Shown: piece by piece, positions 61,058 through 64,000 of the stretch | How positions within the stretch are numbered: the stretch's first letter is position 1 | Layout: each line of letters begins with the position of its first letter | DNA from: Amphiscolops sp. MND2022 | Lineage: Eukaryota | DNA: 64,000 bases | NCBI GenBank assembly: GCA_964187785.1 | Contig: OZ076418.1 | Coordinates: 21,762,001-21,826,000, forward strand | Reading direction: 5' to 3' | Notes under the pieces: model-generated | What the model was told of the DNA's origin: nothing | The model's database searches: none | What the model saw: only the letters and a program-made list of their open reading frames with translations | Made by a program: the position numbers and the translations under genes

Positions 61058-62367
61058 AAAACCAATCTTGAATTATTGATGCTGAATTGGTATATACTTA
61101 TTTTTGGTTGTTTTCAATTTCATACATTCATAAAATCAAATACACTAATTTCTACCCCCGTTTTAATATTTACGCCAATTGGACTTTTCCATGGTTAATT
61201 GACCATAATAAGACCCGGTGCGCTCAAAAAACTATTGAAATGTCCTGACACCCTGTCAGATTGAGAGTCGCAGTTTCACGGCTCATTTGGAAGCTGTCAT
61301 GGCACAGCTTCTCTAACTATAGAGATTGCTTCGGAAAAGGTGTAGACTTTAAATGAAATACATCAATATTCTTCATTCTATGTTAGCTTCAAAATTAGCT
61401 TCGTCGAAGTATAGATTTTTGCCTAGTACCAGTTAACCAACTTCAAGTTTTCGATTAACGTTGCGAATGTTTTCATTCTGACAGCAAACAATTTGATTGA
61501 TTGAAAAAAGTGACTTTGTTCGATAGCATATGCGAAACATCCAGAGGAAATCAGAAATTTACAGCTGTAAGAAGTTTTGTTCGAAAAAGTGCTTTTTTCA
61601 CCAAAAGCAAAATAAACCACCAACAAGAACCATGTTACCACGATGCAAATTCGCTGAAAGTGAGAGTTCCAGACATATTTAGAGAAGCACTATGAGCTAA
61701 TTTAGTCAGAGAAGCGAAATTTAAGGTCAGTGCGGTTCAATTTGTATTACAAACTCTAGGGAAATATTATAAAGGGACAACTCACGTTGGCAATTATGCT
61801 ACTCTTGAAAGAAAGAACAGCAATATTTTAAGCAGACATTTTTCGCGCTGTGGCCCAATAGTTAATAAGTCGCGATCGAATTTTGAACTTTAAAAACACG
61901 GCAATTTCCGAGATAACAGAAGAACGAAGACCCATCACTGGTGAACAGCAACGATGGATGTCATGGAAGGGCAACATCTTATAGCTTTTATATATTGCAA
62001 TAAATTGTAAATTCATTCACTTCACCCAAAACTGGATTAGACGAATATTCGGTTTTTGCTTCAGCTCTGAATGTATAGTAAATACAGTTTTCTTTTTATT
62101 TTAATTCAGACATTCAAGGAACTTACAACTCGAATAATTGGTTTTAAGTTTATTTTTATAAAAACCACAGAGCCTATTTTGGTTCTGATGAAAAATAGTT
62201 CGAATGGCACTTATACAAATTGAAACTGCACCTTAATCAAAATCATTATCGTCAGTATTTGAGATGAATTATTTTTTGATTTTATCGAATAATCGGTGAA
62301 CCTACATTTTCAACTGATCCAAACTGTACTATATATACTATAATCAATATACAACAGATGCACTCAC

Positions 62368-62580
62368 GTGGTTGACTCTTCATCTTCGTCGGCGGAGAGC
62401 ACCTTGGCGGAGTTGTGACCAGACTCTACCACGTGTAATTGCACTGATCCCCCTCCCCCTCTGTCACCACCCCCCGTGTCGCCCACAACGGCACCCCCGG
62501 CCGCACCACTGCTACCGCCCCTCTTGTGCCCCCCAAACACAAACGAGGGACTCCCCACACTGCTGTCCTTCATTCTCTTC
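62368..62580 (-). CDS. Host-gene internal exon (213 bp, phase 2 to 2), Gly-rich
   Basis: GCATTTAG acceptor, GTGAGT donor, open frame KRMKDSSVG...DEDEEST. Confidence 0.8.
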
Positions 62581-63097
62581 CTAAATGCATCAACACTCAC
62601 AATAATCACCGCCGTTCATTCTCAACAATAATTAGTTAATAAGTACATATTCACGAATGTGGGACAAAACAGTCAATTTTAAAACTGAACAAAATCACCG
62701 ACGTAGGATCCACGTTAAACTCTGTATTCTTACAACAAGGGGCCTCTATTCAAAAGTAGTCAGCCCTAATTTGCTAATTTGGAACATTATTTGAGTAATA
62801 TGATGAGAGAAAATGCCAATTTGAGAGCTATTTTGTTACAATTACAACGGATATTTCAACTTTTGATATCATTTCTATAGCCAAAATTACCAAATATGAA
62901 TCAAAAGGCATTTATTTCAAAAAAACTTGTTACTGTCTGAAAACGATAAATTACTTTCTATCTTGATATCCCCTGGTTCGCGATGTTTTTATAAATGACT
63001 GCTTGCTCTTATGCGCAATTTAGTTTCATCCAATTGAATTTTCAGTAATCAGCTAAAACATAGTTTCATAATCGGCTATTGTTGTAAGAAAATACTC

Positions 63098-63298
63098 TAA
63101 CAGCCCGGGTTTCCCGACCAGGCCGATCATAATCTGACCATAGTATGGCACTATACAAATTTCCTTACAAAGATCTTGCCATGGTCAGCCTGGAATCATA
63201 TATGGTCCAGAGTATGATCAGTCTGGAATCATACTGTGAGTATGATGGCAGAGTATGATTGACCTGTTTTTGTATGGGAGGGAAACCCGGGAGTGTTA
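63098..63298. mobile_element. ~200-bp MITE-like element
   Basis: TAACAGCCCGGGTTTCCC at the left and GGGAAACCCGGGAGTGTTA at the right; internal GAATCATA/GTATGAT repeats. Confidence 0.65.
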
Positions 63299-63700
63299 AG
63301 TTTTTTTGGTAAGACGACAATTTCCAGCCTGAAAGGGTTGCTTTTTACAATCTGTTACCCAAGCCCAAAGGCTCCTCTTCTTGAATTTTCTCAATTTACA
63401 TGATCCAACAAACCGCAAGAAGGCAAAGGGTCTCCTGTTTTTTTTAGGTACTGTCAAAGTTGATGTCAACTTAAAAGAGAGACTTCATGAAGTGACCATC
63501 TCATTCGCCGATCAGGCATTGCTACTCAAATCTCATTGACTCGATCACACTCGAAAGTCATAAAAATCCAATGAATCAAGAATGAAAAACTCACTATCAA
63601 AATTTACAAGATCAAAACTACAAGGTGAAAATGAGCTTTCAAGTTGAAGTGTGTTTTTAGTGTGCTCAACTAATAAATCACATGGTTAAATTACCATTAC

Positions 63701-63834
63701 CTTCTGACACCCTCGGAGCCCGGCCATTGGTCTTCTTCGAACTCGTCGGAACTGTCTCCTCCGAACAGAATCAGCCTCTCTTTCTTGAACATCTCTTCCT
63801 CCGCAGCTGTTACTTTAGCTTCTTGTGCAGCTAG
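63701..63834 (-). CDS. Host-gene internal exon (134 bp, phase 0 to 2)
   Basis: TTTGGTTGTAG acceptor, GTAATG donor, open frame LAAQEAKVTAAEEEMFKKERLILFGG...EGVR. Confidence 0.8.
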
Positions 63835-64000
63835 CTACAACCAAACAATGAAACAGGTCTACGCGTATTTCGATAATCATTGTTACTATTCGTTCCAGTG
63901 ATAGTACTCCAGAAAAAATGGTTAAATTTTGAATTATGAAAATCAGATTCGAATATTTCTTGAATAATTCGGAATAAAACTGGAAAGTATTGTATTAAAT

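Noticed and set aside
63420-63545. Plus-strand exon-like fragment (GTVKVDVNLKERLHEV)
   Set aside because: It ends in a stop after ~30 codons, lies antisense within a host intron, and has no partner exon.

Overview
This is AT-rich eukaryotic (metazoan-like, spliceosomal GT-AG introns) DNA made almost entirely of transposable elements; no prokaryotic genes or CRISPR array were seen. Four LTR retrotransposons have both LTRs and a 5-bp target-site duplication: BEL/Pao (1015-7858), Copia (11120-15240), a 16-kb Gypsy ('Gypsy-A', 19878-35862) and a Mag-like Gypsy ('Gypsy-B', 54261-59542). There are also decayed Copia, hAT, Mutator and LINE fragments, MITEs, and two adjacent tandem arrays (about 1.1-1.2 kb and 2.2-2.5 kb units). 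The last four coding exons of an unidentified host gene lie on the minus strand (63834 to 41642), and the final 18.7-kb intron holds both arrays and Gypsy-B. The most unusual object is Gypsy-A. Its 1.7-kb LTRs are coding at both ends, it has an in-frame A-AAA-AAC -1 frameshift site, and no polypurine tract is visible. Between pol and the 3' LTR it carries about 6 kb of cargo: an antisense, intron-containing gene resembling a catalytically dead BED/TTF-finger hAT transposase, a candidate bidirectional promoter, and a sense Cys-motif ORF running into the LTR. The BEL LTRs carry a tRNA-like Pol III A/B-box cassette. All domain calls come from motif recognition by eye; no database searches were run.
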